Position numbers and translations under genes: made by a program. This document shows positions 30,208 through 39,830 of a DNA stretch of 64,000 nt, piece by piece. Below the pieces are notes generated by a model. The model did not search any database and was not told the DNA's origin. It saw nothing but the letters and a program-made list of their open reading frames with translations. Source of the DNA: Minisyncoccota bacterium (GTDB lineage: Bacteria; Patescibacteriota; Minisyncoccia; Phycocordibacterales; UBA2100); assembly GCA_031291875.1 (NCBI GenBank), contig JARLIE010000165.1, positions 1,119 to 65,118 of the forward strand, in the 5' to 3' direction. Positions within the stretch are counted from its first letter, which is position 1, and each line of letters begins with the position of its first letter.

Positions 30208-31032
30208 TCAAATACCGCACAAGAGGCGTGCCTCATCGAGTACTTTCGGGACCCGATCGGGCTTTACTCCGTATTCTTGCAGGAGGTGCGAGGTCGTCAC
30301 GCTTTTGCAGAGCACAACCTTATTGTCGAGTAATCGTCGTTTCTCGCCCTCACTGAGGGAGGTGAGGCAGGTGATCGGATGCACTTTTCCCTCTTCGATC
30401 ATCGCGAGTAGGCCTCGAGTGCGGGGATAATCCCAGCCCAAGAGAGTGAGGTTTGAACAGCGAGCGTACCGAATTGCATTTCGAGTGAACGTGGTATTCG
30501 TAACCAGCCAGCCTTCGTCGACGCGCGACGAAGCAAGTGGCGCCTGACGGAGGTCGTCGTAGCGCGCTTTGACGTAGAGCGCATCTTTGACGTCAGTCTT
30601 CCCTCCCGGGTCGTTGTGAAATTTTGCCTCGATGCCGATGCGTCTGCCCTGTTTTTCTGCGAGTACATCCACCTCATGAGAAACGCAGCGGCCGGTAAGT
30701 GTTACCTCTGCTTTCGCGCTCCAGCCGTTCGAACGCAGGACTTCGGCAAGAAACGATTCAAACGGGTAGCCAGAGGGGCCCAGCGCGAAGACCGCTCGCT
30801 TGATTGAATAGCGGGCGGCGACCGGCGGAACTTCTTCGTTCTTTAGCGTTTCGAATGCGTGGCGATAGATATCTTCCGTACGTACTCCCGGGTGAATCTC
30901 ACTGAGAACTTTCGCGAGAACACGCGCGCGTGCCGTCGAAGATGCACCGGCGAGCTGCAGTGAGTGTTCAAGCTTTGCCGGATCAAACGGCTCCTGTGTT
31001 CCATCTGCCTTGGTAATAAGAGGATGCGTCAT
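30208..31032 (-). CDS. ATP-cone domain fused to a restriction-endonuclease-like (Mrr-type) domain
   Basis: N-terminal ITKADGTQEPFDPAKL (ATP cone), then GYPFE, HEVDV, IEAKFH and LVTNT. Confidence 0.8.
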   Translation of the reverse strand: MTHPLITKADGTQEPFDPAKLEHSLQLAGASSTARARVLAKVLSEIHPGVRTEDIYRHAFETLKNEEVPPVAARYSIKRAVFALGPSGYPFESFLAEVLRSNGWSAKAEVTLTGRCVSHEVDVLAEKQGRRIGIEAKFHNDPGGKTDVKDALYVKARYDDLRQAPLASSRVDEGWLVTNTTFTRNAIRYARCSNLTLLGWDYPRTRGLLAMIEEGKVHPITCLTSLSEGEKRRLLDNKVVLCKSVTTSHLLQEYGVKPDRVPKVLDEARLLCGI

Positions 31033-31445
31033 AGCGATGATGAAGAAGCAGCGACGTCGGTGATGATGGTTATCGGCAAAGGCTTTCCGTCGAGTGTCGC
31101 TACAAATTGAACGCCTGTTGCCGGCGCAAGCGCAACCGCCTGAAATGCTCGCGGCGCCGGCGCTTTCGGACAATCGATAGAGGGATCTTGCCAACTCTGA
31201 AACGCGAGCAAATATTCGGTATCGGAAACTTTCTGCGTGGCCACACTAAGCTCGTCACAGGAAAGCGGCAATACCAGTATGCCACTCAAACTGTGCGTTC
31301 CCGGAGTTACGATGTCGTGGATAGCGAGTACGCCGGGATTTTGCGCTTGCAAAAGGGCGAAGTTTCCAAGAACAACGAATATCGCAAAGAAGGCCGCGGT
31401 CGCGACGATAGCGAACCAGACGAGTCGTCGGACCGTGTCCATCAT
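31029..31445 (-). CDS. Hypothetical exported protein
   Basis: N-terminal TM and two Cys; TATACT 6 nt upstream. Confidence 0.65.
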   Translation of the reverse strand: MMDTVRRLVWFAIVATAAFFAIFVVLGNFALLQAQNPGVLAIHDIVTPGTHSLSGILVLPLSCDELSVATQKVSDTEYLLAFQSWQDPSIDCPKAPAPRAFQAVALAPATGVQFVATLDGKPLPITIITDVAASSSSL

Positions 31446-31476
31446 TGCACCAGTATAAACGGTTGTAGACGCTCGG

Positions 31477-32520
31477 TTACGATAAGCTGTTGATGATGCC
31501 CCCGCCCAAGCAAATTTCGTCTTGATACAGTACGAGTGACTGACCAGGAGCGGCGAGGTGCGCATCGTCGAATGTCACGTCCAATACACCAGCGCTTTCG
31601 TCGATCTTTACCTCAAACGGATGTTCGCGATATCGAGCCTGCGCCTGCAGGGTTGTGCCAGAAAGCGGCACACTTCCGATCCAATGCGGCTGCGCGACGC
31701 TCGCCCGTCGACGATTTGCGTCTTCACGCTTACCAGAAACATGAACAATATTTTTATCGACATCGATGTCGGTAACGAAATGCGTACCAGATCCCGTCGC
31801 GGTAAAGCCATGACGTTCGCCGATCGTATAGAGCGCAGCGCCATCGTGTGAGCCGATACGAGTTCCCTGTTCGTCCATGACATCACCCTTCTTGAGTTCG
31901 ATGAATCGTCCGAGGAACTCTTTGAGTGAGACGTCGCCAACGAAACAGAGACCCTGGCTATCGGGTCGAGATGCGTTCGGTAAGTTGAATTTGTGGGCGA
32001 GTTCGCGCACCTGCGGCTTCTCAAATTCACCAACAGGAAAGAGTGCTCGGGCAAGGTCTTCCTGCGTCAACTGATACAAAAAATAGGATTGATCTTTGTT
32101 TGTATCGAGCCCTCTGAGAAGCTGGTGCGAGCCCTCTTGCGAGCGAATGCGCGCGTAGTGACCTGTTGCGATAGAATCTGCACCGTTTTTGAATGCCCAC
32201 TCGGCAAAATGGCCAAATTTGATCGTGCGGTTGCACAGAACGTCCGGATTGGGAGTTACACCCTGCGAATAGTTAGCGATCATGTCGCCGACCACCTCCT
32301 TTTTATATTCTTCGGAAAGGTCGACCTCGAGAAACGGAATCTGTAGCGCCGCCGCAACGCGCATCGCGTCGAGCCGATCCTCCTTCCAGGTGCATTCAAT
32401 GAACTCCGGGGACCAGATCTTGATGAACGCGCCGACGACAGTGTGGCCGCGCTCTTTTAGGAGCGCTGCTGAAACGGCAGAATCCACGCCTCCTGAAAGC
32501 CCGACAAAAACAGTAGCCAT
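31477..32520 (-). CDS. mnmA: tRNA 2-thiouridylase MnmA
   Basis: SGGVDS, TPNPDVLCN, ATGHYA, KDQSYFL, SQGLCF and APGQ. Confidence 0.96.
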   Translation of the reverse strand: MATVFVGLSGGVDSAVSAALLKERGHTVVGAFIKIWSPEFIECTWKEDRLDAMRVAAALQIPFLEVDLSEEYKKEVVGDMIANYSQGVTPNPDVLCNRTIKFGHFAEWAFKNGADSIATGHYARIRSQEGSHQLLRGLDTNKDQSYFLYQLTQEDLARALFPVGEFEKPQVRELAHKFNLPNASRPDSQGLCFVGDVSLKEFLGRFIELKKGDVMDEQGTRIGSHDGAALYTIGERHGFTATGSGTHFVTDIDVDKNIVHVSGKREDANRRRASVAQPHWIGSVPLSGTTLQAQARYREHPFEVKIDESAGVLDVTFDDAHLAAPGQSLVLYQDEICLGGGIINSLS

Positions 32521-32567
32521 ACATGCAGCTTGCCGCCTGCGGCGCTCGGACGCAAGTATGCCGCACC

Positions 32568-33602
32568 CTAAATCCCGAGATACACGTGTTCGTTGTGGAG
32601 CTGCTGCGCCCACGTCTTTGCGTAGTGCGTAACTCCCGTGTGGTCGGCAAGATAGTAGAGATACGGGCTCGACGTGGCCTCCGCGGCGGCGACGATCGAA
32701 TCGAGCGACGGGCTTCCGATTGGCGTCGGCGGCAAACCTTTACGAACGTACGTATTGTACGGAGAATCGCTCTGGAGATCCTGAATCGTCAGTTGAGAAT
32801 CACTTCTTCCGGTCGAATACACGAGCGTCGGGTCCGCCTGCAGCGGATACCCTTGCGCGATCCGGCGCCAGAGAATACCGGCAATCATCTGCCTATCTTG
32901 CGTCGCCGGCGCTTCGTCCTCTACGATCGAGGCCATCGTGACGATGTCAGAAAATGAATGCGTGGAGCTCGCGAGTATCGGTTTAACGGAAGAGACTTGT
33001 AGATCAAAATTTTGACGCATGGCTTGGATGACCATCGCTTCGGTTGCGTTCGGTAGGAAAAAGTACGTGTCTGGGAAAAGATACCCTTCGTCGATACTCG
33101 TTTGTGCGAGGAAGTTGTCGGCGTTGAAGCGCGGCAGCTCCGCTGCAAAGATACTCGACATTTGCTTCATGGTTGCGCCTTCCGGAATCCTGATTCGTAT
33201 GGGAACTAGGCCGTACTCCCCAACCGCGAGTGCATGCGCGACGTAAAAGATATCTTCCGGCTGCTTAAATTCATAATCACCGGCATGCACACCTCGCTCA
33301 CGCCCAAGCACCATGATTAACACTCGAAAAACGAGCGGGCTGCGGATCACGCCATCTTCGTAGAGTGTTTGCGAAATCGTATCGAGCGACGCACCCTCAG
33401 GGACCGTGACGAGTTGGTCCGTCGGAAAATGCACGGGCGGCTGAATGACAAAAATATATGCGGCTGCCGCAAGCGCGCCGGCGAAAAAGATAACCAAGAT
33501 CGTTCGGCGGTTTGCCCGCGGACGCCAGTCCTTTGACAAGCGATCTTGTTCGGACTGCGACCATCTGAAAAACCGTTCTATAAAACGCTCGAGCGAGTTC
33601 AT
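32568..33602 (-). CDS. mltG: Endolytic transglycosylase MltG
   Basis: N-terminal TM, IPEG, EGYLFPDTY, ASIVEDE and SPYNTY..GLPPTPI. Confidence 0.93.
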   Translation of the reverse strand: MNSLERFIERFFRWSQSEQDRLSKDWRPRANRRTILVIFFAGALAAAAYIFVIQPPVHFPTDQLVTVPEGASLDTISQTLYEDGVIRSPLVFRVLIMVLGRERGVHAGDYEFKQPEDIFYVAHALAVGEYGLVPIRIRIPEGATMKQMSSIFAAELPRFNADNFLAQTSIDEGYLFPDTYFFLPNATEAMVIQAMRQNFDLQVSSVKPILASSTHSFSDIVTMASIVEDEAPATQDRQMIAGILWRRIAQGYPLQADPTLVYSTGRSDSQLTIQDLQSDSPYNTYVRKGLPPTPIGSPSLDSIVAAAEATSSPYLYYLADHTGVTHYAKTWAQQLHNEHVYLGI

Positions 33603-33611
33603 GAGGGAAGG

Positions 33612-35096
33612 TTATTTGGGAAGATTCGCGGGAGCTGCCGATTTGGTGGACGGAATGCGCTCCAGACCCGGTGCTTGGACTGTTGCGGACGGCGGATGCC
33701 AGAGAGTAGCCAGTTCTTCGACTGTCAAAATCGAGCTTGGGAAAACCCACGGCGTATGGAATCCAGCGCGACGTCGGTAGACATCAAAAAATCTCCTGGG
33801 CATCAATACATTGCGTCTATATCCATGAAAATCCTGCCACGGGTAATCGAAGGGATTGCCCCAACGCTGCGGTCGAAGGTATGACATATACGTTGGGTTG
33901 CCATAGGGCTTCCAGATCCAGCGAAGGCTCGTGAAATACGGGCCCCGCGGCTGACCGGTCGTGATATAGACGCCGTGGCCGATGAACTCAAACGGCAATT
34001 TGCTGACGTTTCGTTCCATCGATTGCATGATCTGATTTTGCATCCAGGACGGTCTTGGTTGCGGTTGTCGTCCGCTTCCCTCGTGAGCTCCGGACGTTTG
34101 CAGTTCGTGTTGGACCGCCTCAAGCGCTTGCTGCGAAACAATCGCGCCGCGCGATCGCCATTTGTCGACTTCGTCTTTGGTCGCTTTGCGCCAGTCGTCG
34201 TCGCGATCACCTGTACTGAGAATGCCGTACTTGCCACCGCGTCGAATGACCAGCGAGATCCAGGCCTGTTCTTGTGGTTGAATCGAGCTCATGAATTCGA
34301 TAATGGTCGAAAGCGGGTCGACCTTGTGCTCTTCTTTCGGGTCTTTATCGAGCTCGTAATCAATGTAAGTACGTAGCGGATAACAGTCGATGCGGTCGAA
34401 CTTGCCATCGCCGTATTTGCCAAATTTTCCCTGGGGCAATTTGCTCCAGTCGGTTGGGAAGCACCAGTGTTTGTCCGGATCATATTTGAATTTGGACGCG
34501 TAATCTTCGACTTCGTACAATTCGACTTCCGGATACTGGCCGTAGATTGCCTGTTCGACGAATTCCTTCATCGATCCCCAGCACCAGATATAAAAATGAA
34601 CATCGCCGCCGAAGCTCGCGATCTCAAAAGCAAAGAAAGGGCGTACCTGTCCCTTCCAGGCGCGGTCCAAAAAGCTCGCCTCACCGGAAGAGAGCCAAAG
34701 GTTGGTGAGTGCAACCTCCATCGCGCGTGGTGATTTCGTAATGTCTCGCGGGACCTTCATCTCGAGCAATACCGGCTTGCGTCCTGCGAGAAAAAGGGAT
34801 TGCACATACCACACCCAGATTCGGAACGCCCCAATAACGAGAACAACCGGCGTCCACACGGGCGCCGTTCCTACCATCCATTCGAACGCAAAGAGCGGCA
34901 AGTTAGGAATCTCAAGCGATAAAATGCTCAAAAGTCCCAAAAAAAGAATAACGAGGATAAGCGCGCGCGAAACTCCCCACTCGCCGAGCCAATCGACGAA
35001 TTCGTGGAGATTAAAAATGTTGAAGCCGACTGTTTTTTTTCCGACTTTTTCACCAAGTTCGCCGAGAAAAGTCTCTTCACCGTGCCCGCCTGACAT
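33612..35096 (-). CDS. Conserved-looking hypothetical membrane protein
   Basis: 494-aa ORF with two N-terminal TMs and LLEMKVPR..AME, IYGQYPEVE and ELATLWHPP segments; TATACT 6 nt before the ATG. Confidence 0.7.
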   Translation of the reverse strand: MSGGHGEETFLGELGEKVGKKTVGFNIFNLHEFVDWLGEWGVSRALILVILFLGLLSILSLEIPNLPLFAFEWMVGTAPVWTPVVLVIGAFRIWVWYVQSLFLAGRKPVLLEMKVPRDITKSPRAMEVALTNLWLSSGEASFLDRAWKGQVRPFFAFEIASFGGDVHFYIWCWGSMKEFVEQAIYGQYPEVELYEVEDYASKFKYDPDKHWCFPTDWSKLPQGKFGKYGDGKFDRIDCYPLRTYIDYELDKDPKEEHKVDPLSTIIEFMSSIQPQEQAWISLVIRRGGKYGILSTGDRDDDWRKATKDEVDKWRSRGAIVSQQALEAVQHELQTSGAHEGSGRQPQPRPSWMQNQIMQSMERNVSKLPFEFIGHGVYITTGQPRGPYFTSLRWIWKPYGNPTYMSYLRPQRWGNPFDYPWQDFHGYRRNVLMPRRFFDVYRRRAGFHTPWVFPSSILTVEELATLWHPPSATVQAPGLERIPSTKSAAPANLPK

Positions 35097-35128
35097 GGCA
35101 AAAGTATAGCATTGGAATCACAACGAAA

Positions 35129-35158
35129 TATCCTCGGCAAGAAAGCTTGCCGAGGATA
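35129..35158 (-). terminator. Hairpin/terminator downstream of the sigma-4/HTH gene
   Basis: Perfect 13-bp inverted repeat TATCCTCGGCAAG/CTTGCCGAGGATA. Confidence 0.65.
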
Positions 35159-35189
35159 GGTCGTACCAAATCTTTTTGGTCAGTACAGG

Positions 35190-36212
35190 TTACTTTGAGA
35201 GCGCGTAGCGTCCGTCCGGAAGTCGAGTGAAGACGCTGCTTTGGAGGTTGACGGCGATAGTCGCGTCTTTGACGTAGCGTTCGCGTTTTACGCGATCAAC
35301 GATGTCTTCGCGAGAAAGCGGACCTTCGCGCTGCAAGATGCCCTTGATAACCTCGCGAACGACACCCGGTTCATAGCCCCATTCTTTGAGCGCGTAGAGA
35401 CCGCGACCGACGAGCACGAAACGGCCGTCCTTGATGAGTTCGTTGTGAGTCGTCGCAGGATGAGCTTCGCGACCGAAGAGCTTTTCAATGCCCTTTGCGA
35501 CTTCCGTAAAGTGCATCGGAGAGCCGTGGCGCTTCAGCGTGAGATACGCAAAGTCACGGGTGTTCTTGATGCGAACGTGTGGCGAATCTTGGCGACCCCA
35601 CTCCCCGAGCGGGTTTTTGCCGATGCGCTTCGAAACGATGAGCCAGCGGCGCATGACTTCCGGTTCGCGCTGCTTCACGCCCTCCTGCTTGAGGTGCTTT
35701 GCAAAAAGCTGCAAAAACTCCTCTTCCGGCGTGAGGCGGTTGGATTCGATAGATTCGTACAAGTTGGTGAGCGCCGATTCGATTGATTCGGCAAGCTGGT
35801 GGTCGATGTGCCAACGGTCTCGGAAATCGGTCGATTCGCGTTTGTCGTTGAAGTGCGTACCGACGGTGAGCAAAAAGATGAGATGGTTCTCATCGGTTGA
35901 AGTTTTCGCGAGTTCTTCGAGAACTGTTTCTTCCGCCAAGAGGCCGCCGAGAGCTGCGATCGCGCGCTTCATTTCTTCAAGTTCGCTCTGATGCTCCGCG
36001 TAGGCATCTGAGTCGCGAACCGAGGCGAGACCATGGTTCTCGATCTGACGGATGCGCTCGCGAGTGATCCCGTATTCCTTACCGATTGCGTCGAGGGTGC
36101 GGGTCTCGCCCTTCGAATTGAGACCGAAACGGTCGACAAGTACCCGGCGCGAGCGATCCGGGAGGTCGGAAAGGAGGTCCTTCGTAATATTTTTGGGCTG
36201 AAATGAAAGCAT
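35190..36212 (-). CDS. Protein with an N-terminal sigma70 region-4 HTH and C-terminal HARE/delta-like winged HTH(s)
   Basis: RFGL..TLDAIGKEYGITRERIRQIE; C-terminal PMHFTEV..HNELI..FVLVGRGLYALKEW. No sigma region 2. Confidence 0.8.
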   Translation of the reverse strand: MLSFQPKNITKDLLSDLPDRSRRVLVDRFGLNSKGETRTLDAIGKEYGITRERIRQIENHGLASVRDSDAYAEHQSELEEMKRAIAALGGLLAEETVLEELAKTSTDENHLIFLLTVGTHFNDKRESTDFRDRWHIDHQLAESIESALTNLYESIESNRLTPEEEFLQLFAKHLKQEGVKQREPEVMRRWLIVSKRIGKNPLGEWGRQDSPHVRIKNTRDFAYLTLKRHGSPMHFTEVAKGIEKLFGREAHPATTHNELIKDGRFVLVGRGLYALKEWGYEPGVVREVIKGILQREGPLSREDIVDRVKRERYVKDATIAVNLQSSVFTRLPDGRYALSK

Positions 36213-36253
36213 GGTGCGAGTGGATTGACTAACCTGTTCTACGTATGGTCTAC

Positions 36254-36282
36254 CTTATAACAAACCTTGTAAATCCTGTCAA
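36254..36282 (-). promoter_or_regulatory. Sigma70 promoter of the sigma-4/HTH gene
   Basis: TTGACA-17 nt-TATAAG with an upstream TG. Confidence 0.6.
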
Positions 36283-36398
36283 ATCCCCTCCTAAGGCCTT
36301 GGGCCGTTCCGAGAGCCTTTTACGCTCAAACTATACCGTAGAAGAGCAACGTAAGGCCGCGCGGCAAACATGTGTGCGTAAGAGCGGTAAATTCGTAG

Positions 36399-37241
36399 CT
36401 AGAATTTGATAAGCGAACGCAAATTCGAGAGCACGGTACTGCCTCTGGTGACTAGCGTGCTTCCGAGCCATTGCAGGAGTGATGGCTGCGTCGTCGCGGG
36501 GGAAAAGTTGCTTTGCGGCGACTGACTGGGAGCATACGACCCACTTGTTGTGCTTTGCGACACAACGATCGTAGAAGTTTGTGGGACCGGCATATTCTGC
36601 GGCGTCGAACTCGAGAGCACCGGCGTGCTTGTAGAGATTTTTACCGATACCGAAGAGCTTGCTTGAAACTTATTCGGCGAGGAGGTGGACTGCGTGTAGT
36701 TGATTGGCGCACTGGTGGTTGCAGGCAGCAAGACAGTTGTGCTTGCTATTGTGCTGGAAGCAATGCTAGCACTGGTGTGTAGCACGAACGGTAACGTCTG
36801 CGGTAACGGCGCAATGGCATCCAGAATCCCGATCGACGTTGATGCGGCCGCGTTTATAGCCGGCGATCGAGCTGCCTGCCCTACCTGCAGCAGACTTGTC
36901 AGAAAGCCGATATCACCGGGAGTCGTTGGAAATGCCGCCGTAGCTGCGCTAAAGGTCGTAATACCGCGATCGGTAGAAATAGTAACTATCTGCGAACCAG
37001 ACGCACTAAGACTCGCAATACAGCCCGCAGCGCTTGTTCCTTCACAAACATAGGTAGTTTGCGTCGAGGTACTCTGTGCAAGTTCCGCCGCGACCGCCTG
37101 CGCCGCCAGTGATTCGGGCTGGTAGGCGATGTACGCGCGCATGCCCGCGACACTCGAAAGAATGACGACGGTCGTTACCGCCATGATCCCTGTTGCGATT
37201 TCGAGAATTCGTGCGAGGGCACTTTTTTTCTCCGGTTCCAT
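36399..37241 (-). CDS. Ser/Thr-rich membrane-anchored surface protein
   Basis: N-terminal TM followed by a low-complexity S/T/A/P region. Confidence 0.6.
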   Translation of the reverse strand: MEPEKKSALARILEIATGIMAVTTVVILSSVAGMRAYIAYQPESLAAQAVAAELAQSTSTQTTYVCEGTSAAGCIASLSASGSQIVTISTDRGITTFSAATAAFPTTPGDIGFLTSLLQVGQAARSPAINAAASTSIGILDAIAPLPQTLPFVLHTSASIASSTIASTTVLLPATTSAPINYTQSTSSPNKFQASSSVSVKISTSTPVLSSSTPQNMPVPQTSTIVVSQSTTSGSYAPSQSPQSNFSPATTQPSLLQWLGSTLVTRGSTVLSNLRSLIKF

Positions 37242-37313
37242 TACCAGCATTGTACCAACGGATTCATCGCTATTTTGCGTTTATCCCGCAACCGGTATAC
37301 TTTTCGAATTCGA

Positions 37314-37387
37314 GGGCGGTTAGCTCAGTTGGTTAGAGCGCACGCTTCACACGCGTGAGGTCACAGGTTCGATTCCTGTACCGCCCA
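37314..37387 (+). tRNA. tRNA-Val(CAC)
   Basis: Cloverleaf GGGCGGT...ACCGCCC-A; anticodon arm CACGC-TTCACAC-GCGTG; GGTTCGATTCC T-arm. Confidence 0.96.
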
Positions 37388-37430
37388 CAGGACAAAGAGA
37401 CGCCGAGTGTGTATAGTAATCGCTACGTTC

Positions 37431-38153
37431 ATGACACCCGCGCCGATCATCTTTCTTATCGCGATCGCAACCTGCTGCTCAACCTTGCTTGGCGGCTCGT
37501 TCGCTTTGCGTCTCAAGGACCATCTCCATTTGATTTTGGGCTTTAGCGCTGGCGCCGTTATCGGTGTCGCTTTTTTTGATCTGATGCCGGAATCGTTACA
37601 ATTGGCCACGACCTCGTATCCGATATCTGCGATCGTTTCATTGATGGCGCTCGGTTTTCTGACCTACCTCGTCCTCGATCGAATGGTGAGTCTGCATTCG
37701 CATACTGAAGAAGAAAATAGCAGCCGAGAAAATGCTGGCGCAACTACCCTTTCCGTCCACAGTTTCCTCGACGGCGTGGGTATCGGACTAGGCTTCCATG
37801 TATCGGCCGCGATCGGTGCAGTTGTTGCAGCAGCTGTTTTGGCACACGATTTTTCGGACGGTATCAACACGGTAAATATGGTATTGAAAAACGGTGGCGA
37901 CCGATCAAAAGCATTTCGGTGGCTCGTGGTGGACGCTATTGCCCCGGTTGCAGGGGTCGCGATCACCTTCTTTGTCTACGTCGCGCAAGCGGAGCTCGGA
38001 TTATTGCTCGCGCTCTTTGCGGGATTCTTCCTCTATATCGGCGCAAGCGATCTTATTCCTGAGAGTTACCACGAACATCCGGTGCGCCTAACCACGGTGA
38101 TGACAGTGCTCGGTGCGGCGGTGATTTACGCGATCATTGCAATCGCAGGATAA
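37431..38153 (+). CDS. ZIP family metal transporter
   Basis: GFSAG, DLMPE, HSFLDG, HDFSDG and DLIPE motifs. Confidence 0.9.
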   Translation: MTPAPIIFLIAIATCCSTLLGGSFALRLKDHLHLILGFSAGAVIGVAFFDLMPESLQLATTSYPISAIVSLMALGFLTYLVLDRMVSLHSHTEEENSSRENAGATTLSVHSFLDGVGIGLGFHVSAAIGAVVAAAVLAHDFSDGINTVNMVLKNGGDRSKAFRWLVVDAIAPVAGVAITFFVYVAQAELGLLLALFAGFFLYIGASDLIPESYHEHPVRLTTVMTVLGAAVIYAIIAIAG

Positions 38154-38197
38154 AGCGCTGTTACAAAGCGAAATTTTCTGCTAAAATCGCGATTCAA

Positions 38198-38268
38198 CGG
38201 GCTGTAGTATACCGGTAGTACGCACGCTTCGGGTGCGTGTAGACTGGGTTCGATTCCCAGCAGCCCGA
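38198..38268 (+). tRNA. tRNA-Pro(CGG)
   Basis: CGGGCTG...CAGCCCG-A; anticodon loop TTCGGGT. Confidence 0.95.
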
Positions 38269-38310
38269 CATGGCTTAGGTCGCTCTCATCGGAGCGATTC
38301 TTGGCGTGAA

Positions 38311-38381
38311 CGGGCTGTAGTATACCGGCAGTACGCAAGCATGGGGTGCTTGTAGACCGGGTTCGATTCCCGGCAGCCCGA
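38311..38381 (+). tRNA. tRNA-Pro(GGG)
   Basis: CGGGCTG...CAGCCCG-A; anticodon loop ATGGGGT. Confidence 0.95.
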
Positions 38382-38400
38382 AACGATCAGACAGGTATTC

Positions 38401-38440
38401 CAAAAGCAAAATGACCTCGCCTTGAGCGGGGTCATTTTGC
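38401..38440. terminator. Bidirectional terminator (tRNA-Pro pair; before integration, probably also tRNA-Ala)
   Basis: GCAAAATGACCTCGC-CTTGA-GCGGGGTCATTTTGC, followed by a TTTTG tail on the minus strand. Confidence 0.8.
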
Positions 38441-38447
38441 GAGCGGG

Positions 38448-38454
38448 TGTGGAC
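38448..38454 (+). repeat. att core copy, left junction (TGTGGAC)
   Basis: Identical to 43982-43988; joining the two ends gives GATGTG-GA-CACATC. Confidence 0.8.
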
Positions 38455-38574
38455 ACATCGTATATTACTTCGAACCGACTGAAAACCTATCTAGAACGCT
38501 TTTGGGAGTACTATCAGACCAGTCCGGTATTGCAGGAATTGCTTGAAGATGCAAAGCCGTTCGCGGTTCAGTAG
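38455..38574 (+). other. Detached 3' end of the recombinase gene (39 codons plus TAG, no start codon)
   Basis: TSYITSNRLKTYLERFWEYYQTSPVLQELLEDAKPFAVQ*, in frame with recombinase codon 527 across the att core. Confidence 0.75.
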
Positions 38575-39102
38575 GGGCACCATGAGAGTGTAGAAGTATG
38601 CGGTAGGGCGCAACAACTACGACCAGAACCCCACTAACTAGTGGGCATGTAGTGGAAGCCGTCAAATATCGGTGAAATAACGGAGAGATGTGAAAACGGG
38701 ACGCTCCTTCTCTGGCAACTTTCGATCTGTGGCGTGTCGCAAAACTCGGAAAACTCACTGCAAGAACTACTCTCGAAACTTCTAGGGGCCATTACAGCGA
38801 CTTTGTCTAAATTTAGAGCCATAATTTAGCACTCTCTCAAAGAAATAAAATGGAGTTTCGCGAGTGGTTTGTGTAGTAAAACCAGCTAGTTTTCCGACAC
38901 AAAAATACGTTCGACTTTCAGAGGTCATACGTGCTCCGGGAACTCCAAAAACTCACTCCGGAAATTGTACAGGAACCCCTGAGTTGGTCGACGCTTTTTA
39001 ATCTATAAATAGAGCCATTTATTGAGCGCAGCTTAGAAAATTGTTGTGAGTTTTTTGACAGTTTTCGGAGCGAAAATGTCGAGTTTTTGGAGCAGAAAAT
39101 CC

Positions 39103-39792
39103 TCACTTGGATGGTCGTTTCAGAGGTTTATTCAGTAGGGTCAGTTTCGGCACGTCCCTGCCGTCCCACGCGGTCTTTAAGCGGATCTCCGTCACCTGGC
39201 CGCTTTCTTGGTACAGCTTCACAACGAGCACCGACTCACCGAGTGCGCCGCGTGACAAGGCGGCCACATCGTTGCCCGCAGCAACGGCTAGCCGAAGCGA
39301 CCGATCTGCAAGCATTTCCCGGTCCAGCATGTTGTTGAAGATGTCGAGGTAAACGGTCTGGTGCGGGTAGATGTCTCTCACGGCGGCACCGTCTTTGTTC
39401 AGCTGCCCGTGCGTCCATAAAAGCGGCATCGGGAAAAAGTCCTCACGCCGGTCTCCGCTGTCGATGATGCTTTCTATGTACGCCTCAACCGACCTCGCCG
39501 TGAAAGCTCCTTTGTTTTCGATGATGACTCTGCCGACATGAAGGATCGCCATTGACTCCGAGTCATCGACTTCTGATGGGTCTCGGTGAGGTGTGACGGT
39601 CACTCCTTGAACGACGAGATCGCTTTTCTCGGGCCGTCGCCTCCACCATTCGCTCAAAGGTGGGGACAAAATACCGATCGCGAGGGCGACTACGACTGCC
39701 CAAAACTCAGGCGTGAGATAAAAGAGCGTTGAGAAATGAGCTGCAATACTTTGGAGCGCACCTATCACCGACTGGAGTTGGCCCGGTTGCAT
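39103..39792 (-). CDS. Hypothetical membrane-anchored protein with a beta-rich domain (element cargo)
   Basis: 229-aa ORF with one TM; TAAGAT 6 nt upstream. Confidence 0.7.
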   Translation of the reverse strand: MQPGQLQSVIGALQSIAAHFSTLFYLTPEFWAVVVALAIGILSPPLSEWWRRRPEKSDLVVQGVTVTPHRDPSEVDDSESMAILHVGRVIIENKGAFTARSVEAYIESIIDSGDRREDFFPMPLLWTHGQLNKDGAAVRDIYPHQTVYLDIFNNMLDREMLADRSLRLAVAAGNDVAALSRGALGESVLVVKLYQESGQVTEIRLKTAWDGRDVPKLTLLNKPLKRPSK

Positions 39793-39830
39793 CCTTCAAT
39801 CTTACTCCTCATTGAGATCTCTGCACCAAT

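Noticed and set aside
38826-38834. TTAGCACTC, the left arm of a CIRCE operator
   Set aside because: The right arm GAGTGCTAA is absent after 9 nt, and no chaperone gene is adjacent. No CIRCE or hrcA is seen at grpE-dnaK either.
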